Assembly (NCBI GenBank): GCA_965112635.1
Contig: OZ218778.1
Span: forward strand, 2,752,001-2,816,000
From: an uncultured bacterium
Lineage (GTDB): Bacteria > Oederibacteriota > Oederibacteriia > Oederibacteriales > Oederibacteriaceae
Reading direction: 5' to 3'
DNA: 64,000 nucleotides
Shown: positions 37,025 through 45,897 of the stretch, in pieces
Layout of the letters: every line of letters begins with the position of its first letter
Position numbering within the stretch: position 1 is the first letter of the stretch
The notes under the pieces: model-generated
Databases searched by the model: none
Seen by the model: only the letters and a program-made list of their open reading frames with translations
What the model was told of the DNA's origin: nothing
Made by a program: the position numbers and the translations under genes

Positions 37025-38710
37025 ATGCTCAAAAAACTGAGTTTGCTGGGATTTATATTTCTGCTCCTGGCCCTATTTTCCAGGGCAAACGCCATGAAAG
37101 CCCTCATCGGAACCCCGGGCCACGCCATCGTGGAAGCGTTAGCGGATAATGGCCAATGGATGGAGGTGGGGCAATTAAGTTTTAACTTAACGCCATCCAA
37201 GCAGAAATTGGATTTTCCAGCAGCGCTGTTCGGAAAGAGCACTGAGTTAAAACTTCGCATCACTCAGCCTGATAACGATGAAAGCCAGTACGACTATATA
37301 GCCCTGGAAGCGGACGGTGTCCTCATGAAACCCCGGGCGCTCCTGCACCAGGAAACCAATGAGTCGCTTATTAAGAAACTGGCCAAGGTTGACCATGATG
37401 TCGCGGAAATGCACGGCCAAACCCTCATCGGGCAATGGCCTAAATCAGCCCGCGCCCGCAGCTTGACTTTGACCCTCATGGGCCGCAGTTCCAAGACCAG
37501 CGACCTCCCTTTCAGCCCTTTTACTCTCTATGATCAGAAAAAATCCCAGCAAACAAAATCATTCGTTCCTTATACCTTCAGCGCCAAACCGGGCAGTACG
37601 CTTAATTTCAAGACTGAAAAACTAGACACCAATTCAGGTCACCCCAGCGCCCCCATTGCCGTGAATATGGTCATAGAAAAAGACCGGCTCAAAGGGCATT
37701 TGGATTTCGGCCCGGATAACGACCCAGGTGACGATGATTTTGCCTCCATCCTGGCCTTCGGCGATAAGGGCGAGGTCAGAAAATTTAAAGTCACCCCGCT
37801 GGATTCGCACTGGGGCCAGGCCCAATGGGCTTACAGCCCCCTGGTTCCGTGGCAGCATATGAGATTTGATTTTAATATTCCGCTTAACGAACTACCTCAG
37901 CGCGGGGATGGGAAGGTAGCCATCGCCTTCCTGGCCTATGGGACATGCGGCTATTCTATTACGAACGGCACTGGTAGTCTGGATTGCTATAATGGCGAAG
38001 AGGACTGTTGGACAGGTTCAAATTGGTATGCCAACGTCGCCAGTTCTTCCACGCCAACATCATTTTCCGTACCTGTCGGCACTCCCCTGTGGTTCTATAT
38101 CAATACTAAGATGGTAACTGGAACCACCACTTTCCCGACCGGCACACCCATTAATGTCACCATGATCTTGAAAATGTATAATGCCTCCAATACTTTGGTC
38201 TACACCTCCACCATTACGGACAGCTTTACTGCCCCCAGTCCGGGGGGTACGATTTGGCTCCCTTGCGATGGATTCACCTATACTCCATCCTGCAGTGGAA
38301 CCTTCAAAATAAAGGGATCAGCCTCGATCGCCGGAGACACCAATACCGCCGATGACATGGGGATCCCTTATCAGCCTGAATTAGATATGACCGTGACCGG
38401 AGGTTCCCCCTGTTACACAGACACCCCCACCCCCATCCCTGCACCCAAGATCATCATGGCTCCGGTGCCGGTCAAAGCCGGCCAGCCGGTCTGTATGTAT
38501 TTTAACAACACCCCTTCTTCCGCCAAATGGACGGTCTACAACACCGCCGGGGAGGTCGTGGCGGTCCTTAATTTCAGCGGCCCGGCCAAACAGTGCTGGG
38601 ATACCGGCGCGGCCAAACTTGCTCCAGGCCTCTACTGGATAGAGATCAAAGTAGTCAACGCGGATTCCTCCATGTATACAGAGTGGAAACGCATAGCCAT
38701 ACAACCCTGA
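37025..38710 (+). CDS. secreted modular protein with T9SS-like CTD
   Basis: Signal peptide MLKKLSLL; beta-rich middle; Thr/Ser/Cys-rich Ig-like part; TPTP linker; same CTD as 36568. Confidence 0.82.
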   Translation: MLKKLSLLGFIFLLLALFSRANAMKALIGTPGHAIVEALADNGQWMEVGQLSFNLTPSKQKLDFPAALFGKSTELKLRITQPDNDESQYDYIALEADGVLMKPRALLHQETNESLIKKLAKVDHDVAEMHGQTLIGQWPKSARARSLTLTLMGRSSKTSDLPFSPFTLYDQKKSQQTKSFVPYTFSAKPGSTLNFKTEKLDTNSGHPSAPIAVNMVIEKDRLKGHLDFGPDNDPGDDDFASILAFGDKGEVRKFKVTPLDSHWGQAQWAYSPLVPWQHMRFDFNIPLNELPQRGDGKVAIAFLAYGTCGYSITNGTGSLDCYNGEEDCWTGSNWYANVASSSTPTSFSVPVGTPLWFYINTKMVTGTTTFPTGTPINVTMILKMYNASNTLVYTSTITDSFTAPSPGGTIWLPCDGFTYTPSCSGTFKIKGSASIAGDTNTADDMGIPYQPELDMTVTGGSPCYTDTPTPIPAPKIIMAPVPVKAGQPVCMYFNNTPSSAKWTVYNTAGEVVAVLNFSGPAKQCWDTGAAKLAPGLYWIEIKVVNADSSMYTEWKRIAIQP

Positions 38711-38716
38711 CCAAAA
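38438..38716 (+). repeat. duplicated CTD-coding segment, copy 2
   Basis: See copy 1 at 36727-37005. Confidence 0.92.
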
Positions 38717-38730
38717 AGGAGATTAGAGAT

Positions 38731-39660
38731 ATGAAAAAATTTCTTTGTTTTTTTATTCTGGCCTTGATCCTGGGGGGTTCAGCCTATGCCGACAATGCCT
38801 CGGTGGCCGTTCCCTGGCTCAAAATATCCAGCAGTCCCAGGGCGACCGGCATGGCCGAAGCCTTTGTGGCCGTCGCGGATGACGTACAGGGTTTGCAATC
38901 CAATCCTGCCGGCCTGGCCTATATGGACAAGCAGCAGCTTTTACTGGCCAACAATATGTGGCTCCAGGATTCCATGATCCAGCACGTGGTCTGGGGCTTG
39001 CCCCTGGGCAACAGCGCTCTGGCCGCCAGCGTGGACTATATAACTTTCGGCAGCGTGGATAAATACAGCCTGGACCCCAACACCGGCCTTCCGGTTGGGC
39101 AGGGCAGCTTCACTCCCACCGCTATGCATGTGGACCTGGGTTACGGGCTCCTGGTCGGCGATTTCAGTTTGGGCGCCGCGGCCAAAGTGCTCAACCAGAC
39201 CATCGACAGCTCAACCCTCTCCGGCTTTGCCGCGGACCTGGGTGCCGGCTGGAGATGGCAGGGTACGGGGCTGTCCCTGGCCTGCGCGGTGCAGAATATC
39301 GGCGGCCAGGTCAGCGGTTCGGACCTTCCCCTGAACCTCAAGGTGGGCACAGCCTATCGGTCCGCTTTTACCTTAAAAGGCGATACTGAAAAAAATAATT
39401 TCATCGTTGCCGCGGATGCCAACCTGTCCCCAGCTGACAGCAATGCTGATTTTTACTCCTTGGGAGCGGAACTATGGCTCAGGTCGTTGATGGCGCTGCG
39501 GGGTGGGTATAAATTGATGAACCAGGGTGATGTGAACGGCGCGACCGGCTTCACCTATGGGTTGGGCTTCCGCATGTCCTCAGCCGAGATCAACTACGCC
39601 CTGATGCCCCGCGCCAATATGGGCCAGAGCCAGCAGCTCTCCATACTCTTCACTTTCTGA
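38731..39660 (+). CDS. PorV/PorQ-like outer-membrane beta-barrel
   Basis: SD AAGGAG then MKKFLCFF signal peptide; WLKISSSPRATGMAEAFVAVADD...NPAGLA; INYALMP; C-terminal LSILFTF beta-signal. Confidence 0.88.
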   Translation: MKKFLCFFILALILGGSAYADNASVAVPWLKISSSPRATGMAEAFVAVADDVQGLQSNPAGLAYMDKQQLLLANNMWLQDSMIQHVVWGLPLGNSALAASVDYITFGSVDKYSLDPNTGLPVGQGSFTPTAMHVDLGYGLLVGDFSLGAAAKVLNQTIDSSTLSGFAADLGAGWRWQGTGLSLACAVQNIGGQVSGSDLPLNLKVGTAYRSAFTLKGDTEKNNFIVAADANLSPADSNADFYSLGAELWLRSLMALRGGYKLMNQGDVNGATGFTYGLGFRMSSAEINYALMPRANMGQSQQLSILFTF

Positions 39661-39680
39661 TCCATCTTCACCTGCAAATG

Positions 39681-39712
39681 AAAAAAGCCCTGGAAACCTC
39701 CAGGGCTTTTTT
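39681..39712. terminator. bidirectional intrinsic terminator
   Basis: Perfect AAAAAAGCCCTGGA-AACC-TCCAGGGCTTTTTT between convergent genes. Confidence 0.92.
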
Positions 39713-39731
39713 GTTTCACTCCTAACTAGCG

Positions 39732-40415
39732 TTACTGCTTGTCCCCTATGGTGGTGAGATGCGTGTCCGTGGACAGGGCTTTGAGAAGCTCCTCGGCGAT
39801 GATCATATGGCCGACCTGGTCCGGGTGCACCGGCTCGGGACCGAAGAATTCCGGGTCGCGGTGGTGCAGGTGTCTCTGGAAGATCTGGTGGGTCTTTACG
39901 ATATGGGCCTTGTAGGTCTCCGCCATCTCCTCGACGGTCTTTAAATACTCCGGCAATATCCTCAGGACATCTCTCTGGAAAGCGTCCTTGGCGTCCTCCC
40001 GGCAGATATAGAACGGCTCAATGAGGACGAAGGAAGTGCCCCACAGGTTCTTCTTGGTCTTTTCCATCAGGGCTTCGTAGGTTTCCCGGTATTCCTCCGG
40101 CGACACGCCGCGCGGGTCTCCGGCCAGGTGGAGGTGCAGGTCATTGATGCCCACACCAACGCTCAGCCAGTGGGGCTTTTCCCGGAGCACTTCATCATCC
40201 CACCGCGCTTCCAGGTCAGCGATGGTCTCCCCGCCGATACCTTTGTTCACGTAAACAATGAGCCGCTCCGGATACTGGGCCGTGGCCAGGTCCGCGAAAA
40301 AATGCACATAGCCGTTGCCCAGGGGCCCGAACTCCTCCCGGCAGCCGCAGTCCGTGATGCTGTCCCCGATGAACACTATCTTCTGTCCGTTGTTAACTTT
40401 TAAAGAACCAACCAT
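39732..40415 (-). CDS. SGNH/GDSL hydrolase
   Basis: FIGDSITD, NKGIGG, GIND, EPVHP. Confidence 0.9.
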   Translation of the reverse strand: MVGSLKVNNGQKIVFIGDSITDCGCREEFGPLGNGYVHFFADLATAQYPERLIVYVNKGIGGETIADLEARWDDEVLREKPHWLSVGVGINDLHLHLAGDPRGVSPEEYRETYEALMEKTKKNLWGTSFVLIEPFYICREDAKDAFQRDVLRILPEYLKTVEEMAETYKAHIVKTHQIFQRHLHHRDPEFFGPEPVHPDQVGHMIIAEELLKALSTDTHLTTIGDKQ

Positions 40416-40451
40416 CCTCAACCTCCTAATACAGTCTGACTTTGGACTGTT

Positions 40452-41624
40452 TTACATTACCTCATCCGCCGGGCCCGCAGGCAGGCACGGGATGACTTCC
40501 GCCCGGATGTTGTAGTGCCGTTTGTACTGATTGACCACGTGGACCTGGAACTTCTCCAGGCTGGCCGTGCTGACCAGGTTGACCGTGCACCCCCCGAACC
40601 CCGCGCCGGTGAGTCTGGCGCCGTAAACGCCCTGCACGCTCATGGCCACATCGACCAGAAAATCCAGCTCGGGGCAGCTGACCTCATAGAGCCGGGAAAG
40701 GCTGCGGTGGGATTTGACCATCAACTCGCCGAAACCCTTGGCGTCCCCGGCCATGAGACAGGCTTTGGCCTTGTTGACCCGTTCGTTCTCATAGACCACG
40801 TGCTCGGCGCGTTTGCGCGGCACTTCGGGCAATACGCTCTTGTAGCGCTCAAAAGCCACGATCCCGAGGTCCCGCAGGGCCGTGTATTTGGGGTTTTTGG
40901 TTTTCAACAGGCTGAGCGCTTCCCCGCATTCCTGCCGGCGGGTATTGTATTCGCTGGTCTTGAGCTGGCGGCCCAGGCCCGAATAGACCGCCACGAACTG
41001 GGTGTCCTTAAAAGCCACCGGAATATTCTCGTATTCGAAAGAACGGCAATCCAGGAAAAGCGCCTTGCCCGGCTGGGAGGCGATGATGGCCAGCTGGTCC
41101 ATGATGCCGCAATTGACCCCCACGAATTCCCGCTCGGCTTTTTGGCAGATCTTGGCCATCCTGACCGGCTCCCATTGCCAGTCGCCCAGGCAGGTCACGG
41201 CCCGGGCCGTGGCCACTTCCAGGGCCGCCGAAGAGGACAAACCCGCCCCCTGCGGCACATTGCCGCTGATGGCGAGGTTGTACCCATCCACGTGGTGCCC
41301 GGTGTTCTGCAAAGCCCACAAGGAGGCTTTGACATAATTGGCCCAGCCGTGCTCGCCCTCTTTTTTGAGGGTGCCCAGGGAGGTCTCCACCATCTCCTGG
41401 AAATCCATGGAATAGATCAGGGTCTTGTTGTCCTGCCGGCGCTGGGCCGCGATAAGGATGTCCCGGTCAATGGCCATGGGCAGGACGAACCCTTCGTTGT
41501 AATCCGTGTGCTCGCCGATGAGGTTGACCCGTCCCGGCGCCCTGACCACGACCAGCTTGCGCCCGCTGTTGGTAAATATCTCATTGAATTTCGCTTTTAA
41601 CGCTTCAACCCTTTGGTCGGCCAT
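40452..41624 (-). CDS. galK: galactokinase
   Basis: APGRVNLIGEHTDYN, PQGAGLSSSAA, CGIMDQ, GARLTGAGFGG. Confidence 0.97.
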   Translation of the reverse strand: MADQRVEALKAKFNEIFTNSGRKLVVVRAPGRVNLIGEHTDYNEGFVLPMAIDRDILIAAQRRQDNKTLIYSMDFQEMVETSLGTLKKEGEHGWANYVKASLWALQNTGHHVDGYNLAISGNVPQGAGLSSSAALEVATARAVTCLGDWQWEPVRMAKICQKAEREFVGVNCGIMDQLAIIASQPGKALFLDCRSFEYENIPVAFKDTQFVAVYSGLGRQLKTSEYNTRRQECGEALSLLKTKNPKYTALRDLGIVAFERYKSVLPEVPRKRAEHVVYENERVNKAKACLMAGDAKGFGELMVKSHRSLSRLYEVSCPELDFLVDVAMSVQGVYGARLTGAGFGGCTVNLVSTASLEKFQVHVVNQYKRHYNIRAEVIPCLPAGPADEVM

Positions 41625-41639
41625 CTCATTCTCCCTTGT

Positions 41640-42587
41640 TCAAACCTGGACATTCCGCAGCTGCTCGGCGGCCCACTCTGGCGACATATCTGTGATGAAC
41701 ATGCCCGCCCCGGTCTCGCAGCCCGCGATGAATTTCAACTTGTCCGCGCCGCGATGGAGCGGCAAAAAACTGATGCGAAAATGGTAATAGGGGCGCTCTT
41801 CCCCGTCCGTGGGTGCCGCGTGCTGCAGCATCATATAGGGAAGGGAAAACCCAAATAGCCCGTCATAGCGCCGGGTGATGTCCCTCAATATTTCGTTAAG
41901 GTCCTTGGTTTCTAAAGCATTAAGCTCGATGAGGCTGCCTGCGTGCCTCCTAGGCAGCACCTGCACCTCGTAAGGGTAACGCGCGTACCACGGCACCGAA
42001 GCGACCCAGCTCTGGTTCTCCAAAACCACCCTCACCCCGGCCTCGGACTCGGCCCTGGCCAGTTCACAGCCCAGGCATTTCCCCTTTTTCTTGTGATAAC
42101 CCTTTTGGCTCTCTATCTCTTTATTCATTTTGGGCGGGACATGGCCAAAGGCATAGATCTGGCCGTGCGGGTGCGGGATGGTCGCGCCGATCACCTCGCC
42201 CTTGTTCTCGAAAATGAACACATATTTGATTTCGTTCATCAGGCCCAGCTTTTCGTAACGGTCTTTCCACAGGGCCAGCACCTTATCCACTTGGCTCTCG
42301 GTCAGGGTGGAAAAGGTCTGGGTGTGCTGCTGGGAATACAGAACCACTTCGCATGCCCCAGTGGCCGGAGCTAGGCCAAATAGTTCCGAGGGAGCCTGGC
42401 CTGACTTGGAATCCAGATGCAGGGAAGGAAAATCGTTTTTGACGGATATGGCCTCATATTGGGCCGGTACTTTGGGAGAGCCCGGACAGAATGGGCACTT
42501 CTTTTTAGGCAAGTTGGGCCTGGCCTGGCGGTCTGCCGAGACTGCGACCCACTCTTCGTAAAACGGATGCCAATGCAATTCTGACAA
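41640..42587 (-). CDS. galT: galactose-1-phosphate uridylyltransferase
   Basis: CPFCPG, NDFP, FENKG, HPHGQ active-site motif. Confidence 0.95.
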   Translation of the reverse strand: MSELHWHPFYEEWVAVSADRQARPNLPKKKCPFCPGSPKVPAQYEAISVKNDFPSLHLDSKSGQAPSELFGLAPATGACEVVLYSQQHTQTFSTLTESQVDKVLALWKDRYEKLGLMNEIKYVFIFENKGEVIGATIPHPHGQIYAFGHVPPKMNKEIESQKGYHKKKGKCLGCELARAESEAGVRVVLENQSWVASVPWYARYPYEVQVLPRRHAGSLIELNALETKDLNEILRDITRRYDGLFGFSLPYMMLQHAAPTDGEERPYYHFRISFLPLHRGADKLKFIAGCETGAGMFITDMSPEWAAEQLRNVQV

Positions 42588-42649
42588 AGATTTACTCCTT
42601 TAAAAGTCTATCTTAACCCACGCTGGTAGATCTCCGCCACCGGTCTTTT

Positions 42650-43306
42650 TCAGCTTTCCTTTTGCTTAAAGAACTCGTTCACCCGGGCCGCGATAAGACG
42701 GTGGACTTTGCTGATGCTCATCCCTTCCACTTCCAGCACAAAAAACCGGTTGGGCTCGGCCTTGGCCAGGGCGAGGTAGCCCTGACGGACCCGCCTGTGG
42801 AAATCTATATCTTCCTGCTCAAACCTGTCGCCCTTGTTCTTTTGGCTCTGTTTTTTCTTTGTTTTGACCGCCCTGACCAAACCCTTGGCCGGGTCTATGT
42901 CCAGCAGGATGGTCAGGTCCGGCTTGACCCCCGCCGTGGTCAGATGGTGCAGCTCGTGCAGGAGCTTGAGGTCAATGCCCCGGCCATAACCCTGGTAAGC
43001 CAGGGTCGCGTCGTGGTGCCGATCGGAAATAACCACATATCCCTGCTGGAGCGCGGGCAGGACCACTTCGCGGACATGCTGGGCCCGGTCCGCCAGCATC
43101 AAAAATAATTCGGCGCTGGGGCACAGATTCTTGGTCTTGTAGGAAAGCAGCACTTCCCTCAATTGCTTGCCGATCTCCGTGCCGCCCGGCTCCTTGGTCG
43201 TCAGGACCGGGTAGCCGTCGTCGTCCAGGTGTTTGGCCAGCAAATCCAATTGCGTGCTCTTGCCGCAACCCTCCGGCCCTTCCAAGGTAATAAAGGAACC
43301 TTTCAT
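42650..43306 (-). CDS. tmk: thymidylate kinase
   Basis: FITLEGPEGCGKST, EPGGT, ADRAQH, SDR, AYQGYGRG, PDLT. Confidence 0.96.
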   Translation of the reverse strand: MKGSFITLEGPEGCGKSTQLDLLAKHLDDDGYPVLTTKEPGGTEIGKQLREVLLSYKTKNLCPSAELFLMLADRAQHVREVVLPALQQGYVVISDRHHDATLAYQGYGRGIDLKLLHELHHLTTAGVKPDLTILLDIDPAKGLVRAVKTKKKQSQKNKGDRFEQEDIDFHRRVRQGYLALAKAEPNRFFVLEVEGMSISKVHRLIAARVNEFFKQKES

Positions 43307-44226
43307 GACTCCCTCCTCATCTCTTCTAGAAAATCCTTCATCTCTTTCGGCATCTCCGACTCCAGGGTCAGCCTTTTCCCTGTCCGCGGATGGTTCAAAC
43401 CCAGCCTGGCGGCGTGCAGCATCATCCGCGTCTTGTCCGTCTTGCCCCGGCCGTACATCACATCCCCCCAGACCGGGTGTTTGAGATAGGACAGGTGCAC
43501 CCTGATCTGGTGCGTCCTTCCAGTCTCCAATTTTACCCTAAGGAAGCTCGAAGCGTCACGGGGGAACTGCTCCAAGACCTCGAAATGCGTGACCGCCTCC
43601 CTACCCTTGCCCGGGCTGACCATGAACTTTTTACGGTCATAATGAGCCCGTCCCAAGGAGAGACGGATGGTGGCTTTAACCTCACTGAAAAGGCCGTGCA
43701 CTACAGCCAGATACTCCCTGCTCATTTCCCTGGTCTTAAGCTGTTCCTGAAGGCTGGCATAGGCTTTTTCGGTCTTGGCCACGCATAATAACCCCGAAGT
43801 ATCTTTGTCCAGCCGGTGCACCAGCCCGGGCCGCAGCTTCCCGCCGATGCCCGCCAAATCTTTGCAGTGGTGCACCAGGGCGTTGACCAGCGTGTCCTTG
43901 GGATGCCCGACTGCCGGATGAGTCACCATGCCGCTGGGCTTGTCCACCACGACGATATCCTTGTCCTCATACGCGATGGACAGCTTGATGGCCTGGCCCA
44001 CGACCTCCCACTTTTCCGGCTCAGGTATTTCCACGGACACTTTGTCGCCGGCCTTGACCTTGTCATGCGCTTTAGCCGGAGCACCATTCAAAAGGACATT
44101 GTTTTCTTTAATTAGCCTCTGCGCCTGCTCCCGCGAAAACACTACCTCGCTCTGAGCCACGAACACATCCAGGCGTTTACCAACCATATCCTGGTTAACC
44201 GATAAGAGCTTTTTTACGACAGCCAT
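43303..44226 (-). CDS. rluD: RluA/RluD family pseudouridine synthase
   Basis: S4 domain, VHRLDKDTSG, LETGRTHQIRVH, LHA. Confidence 0.92.
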   Translation of the reverse strand: MAVVKKLLSVNQDMVGKRLDVFVAQSEVVFSREQAQRLIKENNVLLNGAPAKAHDKVKAGDKVSVEIPEPEKWEVVGQAIKLSIAYEDKDIVVVDKPSGMVTHPAVGHPKDTLVNALVHHCKDLAGIGGKLRPGLVHRLDKDTSGLLCVAKTEKAYASLQEQLKTREMSREYLAVVHGLFSEVKATIRLSLGRAHYDRKKFMVSPGKGREAVTHFEVLEQFPRDASSFLRVKLETGRTHQIRVHLSYLKHPVWGDVMYGRGKTDKTRMMLHAARLGLNHPRTGKRLTLESEMPKEMKDFLEEMRRES

Positions 44227-44246
44227 TTTTTACCGCCCGGACCTTT

Positions 44247-45023
44247 TTACGCTTTCCGCGCTTTTTTCCCAAAAACGATTAGCATCACCACAGCCAATGG
44301 CACCAGCACTAGACTTATCCACTGGGAAGGAGACACCCACCCGACCATAGCACCCCGGTCATCGCCCCTTAAAAATTCCAGGAGGAACCTGAGGACCCCG
44401 TAAAGCACCACATAGCCCCAGATAAGCTGGCCGTCAAAGGATTTGCGTTTTTCCTTCCACAGGAGCAAGGCGAAGATGAGGAGGCAGCCAAGGGACTCAT
44501 AGATCTGCGTGGGATGCAACGGGACCGCCCCGTATTGCAAACAAGGGTCAGACCCTGTTGGATAGACCAGGCCCGGCAAAAAATTAGAACGCACCGGCCC
44601 GCCGTAGCAGCACCCGTTGAAAAAACACGCCCACCGGCCAATGGCCTGGCCCAAAGCAATGGCCGGCGCCAAAATATCGCCGGTCTTCCAGGTGTTCATC
44701 TTGCGGCTCCACAGGAAATACAGGGTCGCCAAAAACCCCCCGATGAACCCGCCGTAGTACACGAACCCGCTATAGGGCGGGATGATGATCTTCCAGAGAT
44801 TGTCCCGGAAATAGCCCCACTCCAGGCATACATACAGCAGCCTTGCCCCGACCAACCCGGAGATCATGATCCAGATGCCCAGGTCCACGATCTTGTCCGG
44901 GTCTTCGCCCTGAGACTTGGCAATGCGGCTGGCCAGCAGGATGGCCGCCAAAAATGCCAGGGCAATAAAAAAACCGTAGCTGGGGATGCTCAAAGGTCCG
45001 AGCTTCAACAGGGTGGGGAACAC
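44247..45023 (-). CDS. lgt: prolipoprotein diacylglyceryl transferase
   Basis: GARLLYV, YGGFIGG, GQAIGR, NGCCYG, HPTQIYE, EFLRGD. Confidence 0.96.
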   Translation of the reverse strand: MFPTLLKLGPLSIPSYGFFIALAFLAAILLASRIAKSQGEDPDKIVDLGIWIMISGLVGARLLYVCLEWGYFRDNLWKIIIPPYSGFVYYGGFIGGFLATLYFLWSRKMNTWKTGDILAPAIALGQAIGRWACFFNGCCYGGPVRSNFLPGLVYPTGSDPCLQYGAVPLHPTQIYESLGCLLIFALLLWKEKRKSFDGQLIWGYVVLYGVLRFLLEFLRGDDRGAMVGWVSPSQWISLVLVPLAVVMLIVFGKKARKA

Positions 45024-45024
45024 C

Positions 45025-45504
45025 TCAGGCTCTCCTTTTCTTCTTTTTGGTGCCCGTGAAAAACATGAAATAAACTACGACCAGGCAGATCCCGACCGTG
45101 ATAGCCGAGTCCGCGACGTTAAAAATATACCACCGCCAGCTGCCACACCCGAAATCCAAAAAGTCCACGACCTGGCCGGACAGCCTGAGCCTGTCCAAAA
45201 GATTGCCAAAAGCCCCGCCCAAAATAAGCCCCAGGGAAAGTCTTACCCGCCAGTCCCTGGGCCATTGCCGGGACGAGACGAGAATGAGGACGATGGCGGT
45301 AAAGGAGAGCAGGACCAGCAGCACCTGCTGGAACGGGAAAAAAGAGCCGGCCATGATGCCGAACGCCGCCCCGCGGTTGCCGATGTAGGTCAGCTGGAAA
45401 AAGTTAGGGATGACCGTGATGGTCTCCCCGAAGTGCATGAAGTGCCTGACCAGGAATTTGCTGGCCTGGTCCACCACAAAGACCGACAGGGCTGTCCAGA
45501 AAAT
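45025..45504 (-). CDS. lspA: lipoprotein signal peptidase II (start uncertain)
   Basis: DQASK, NRGAAFG, GGAFGNLLDR, VVDF, FNVADSAI. The hydrophobic first helix extends upstream of GTG 45477 to ATT codons at 45504/45510 after GAGGAGG. Confidence 0.93.
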   Translation of the reverse strand: MFWTALSVFVVDQASKFLVRHFMHFGETITVIPNFFQLTYIGNRGAAFGIMAGSFFPFQQVLLVLLSFTAIVLILVSSRQWPRDWRVRLSLGLILGGAFGNLLDRLRLSGQVVDFLDFGCGSWRWYIFNVADSAITVGICLVVVYFMFFTGTKKKKRRA

Positions 45505-45541
45505 TAGAATATGGCCTCCTCGTTCCTGTCAAACCTGGATT

Positions 45542-45886
45542 TTAATGTTTTTTCACGACCAGATGGGTGATATATCCTACAAAATCCTCGAACCTTTGTC
45601 CGACCCAGGGTAATCCGCCCAAAAAATGGATCAAGATACCGACAAGTGCCACCACAACTGCCAGGGCAACCGCCCCGACCAGTCCCCCGCCCAGGAGCAG
45701 GCCGACCCCGCGGGCCATGCCGGAAATAAAATTTGTCCAGATAAGTCGTTTAGGCTTGCCGATCAGGTCCAGGTAATCCTGCATCTCTTTTTTGTCCAGA
45801 TGGGTGGCCAGCCTGTCGATGCTTTTCTGCAATAAACTTATTTTTACCGAAAGATCTTGCTCCTTATCCTCGTGTTCCCCCGCCAT
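45542..45886 (-). CDS. DUF5665-like small membrane protein
   Basis: YLDLIGKPKRLIWTNFISGMARGVG. ATG 45886 follows GAGGAGG. Confidence 0.75.
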   Translation of the reverse strand: MAGEHEDKEQDLSVKISLLQKSIDRLATHLDKKEMQDYLDLIGKPKRLIWTNFISGMARGVGLLLGGGLVGAVALAVVVALVGILIHFLGGLPWVGQRFEDFVGYITHLVVKKH

Positions 45887-45897
45887 CAAAAACCTCC

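Noticed and set aside
36727-38716. Duplicated C-terminal segments as a DGR template/variable repeat pair
   Set aside because: Differences are not adenine-specific and are largely third-position. Both copies are coding, and no reverse transcriptase is present.
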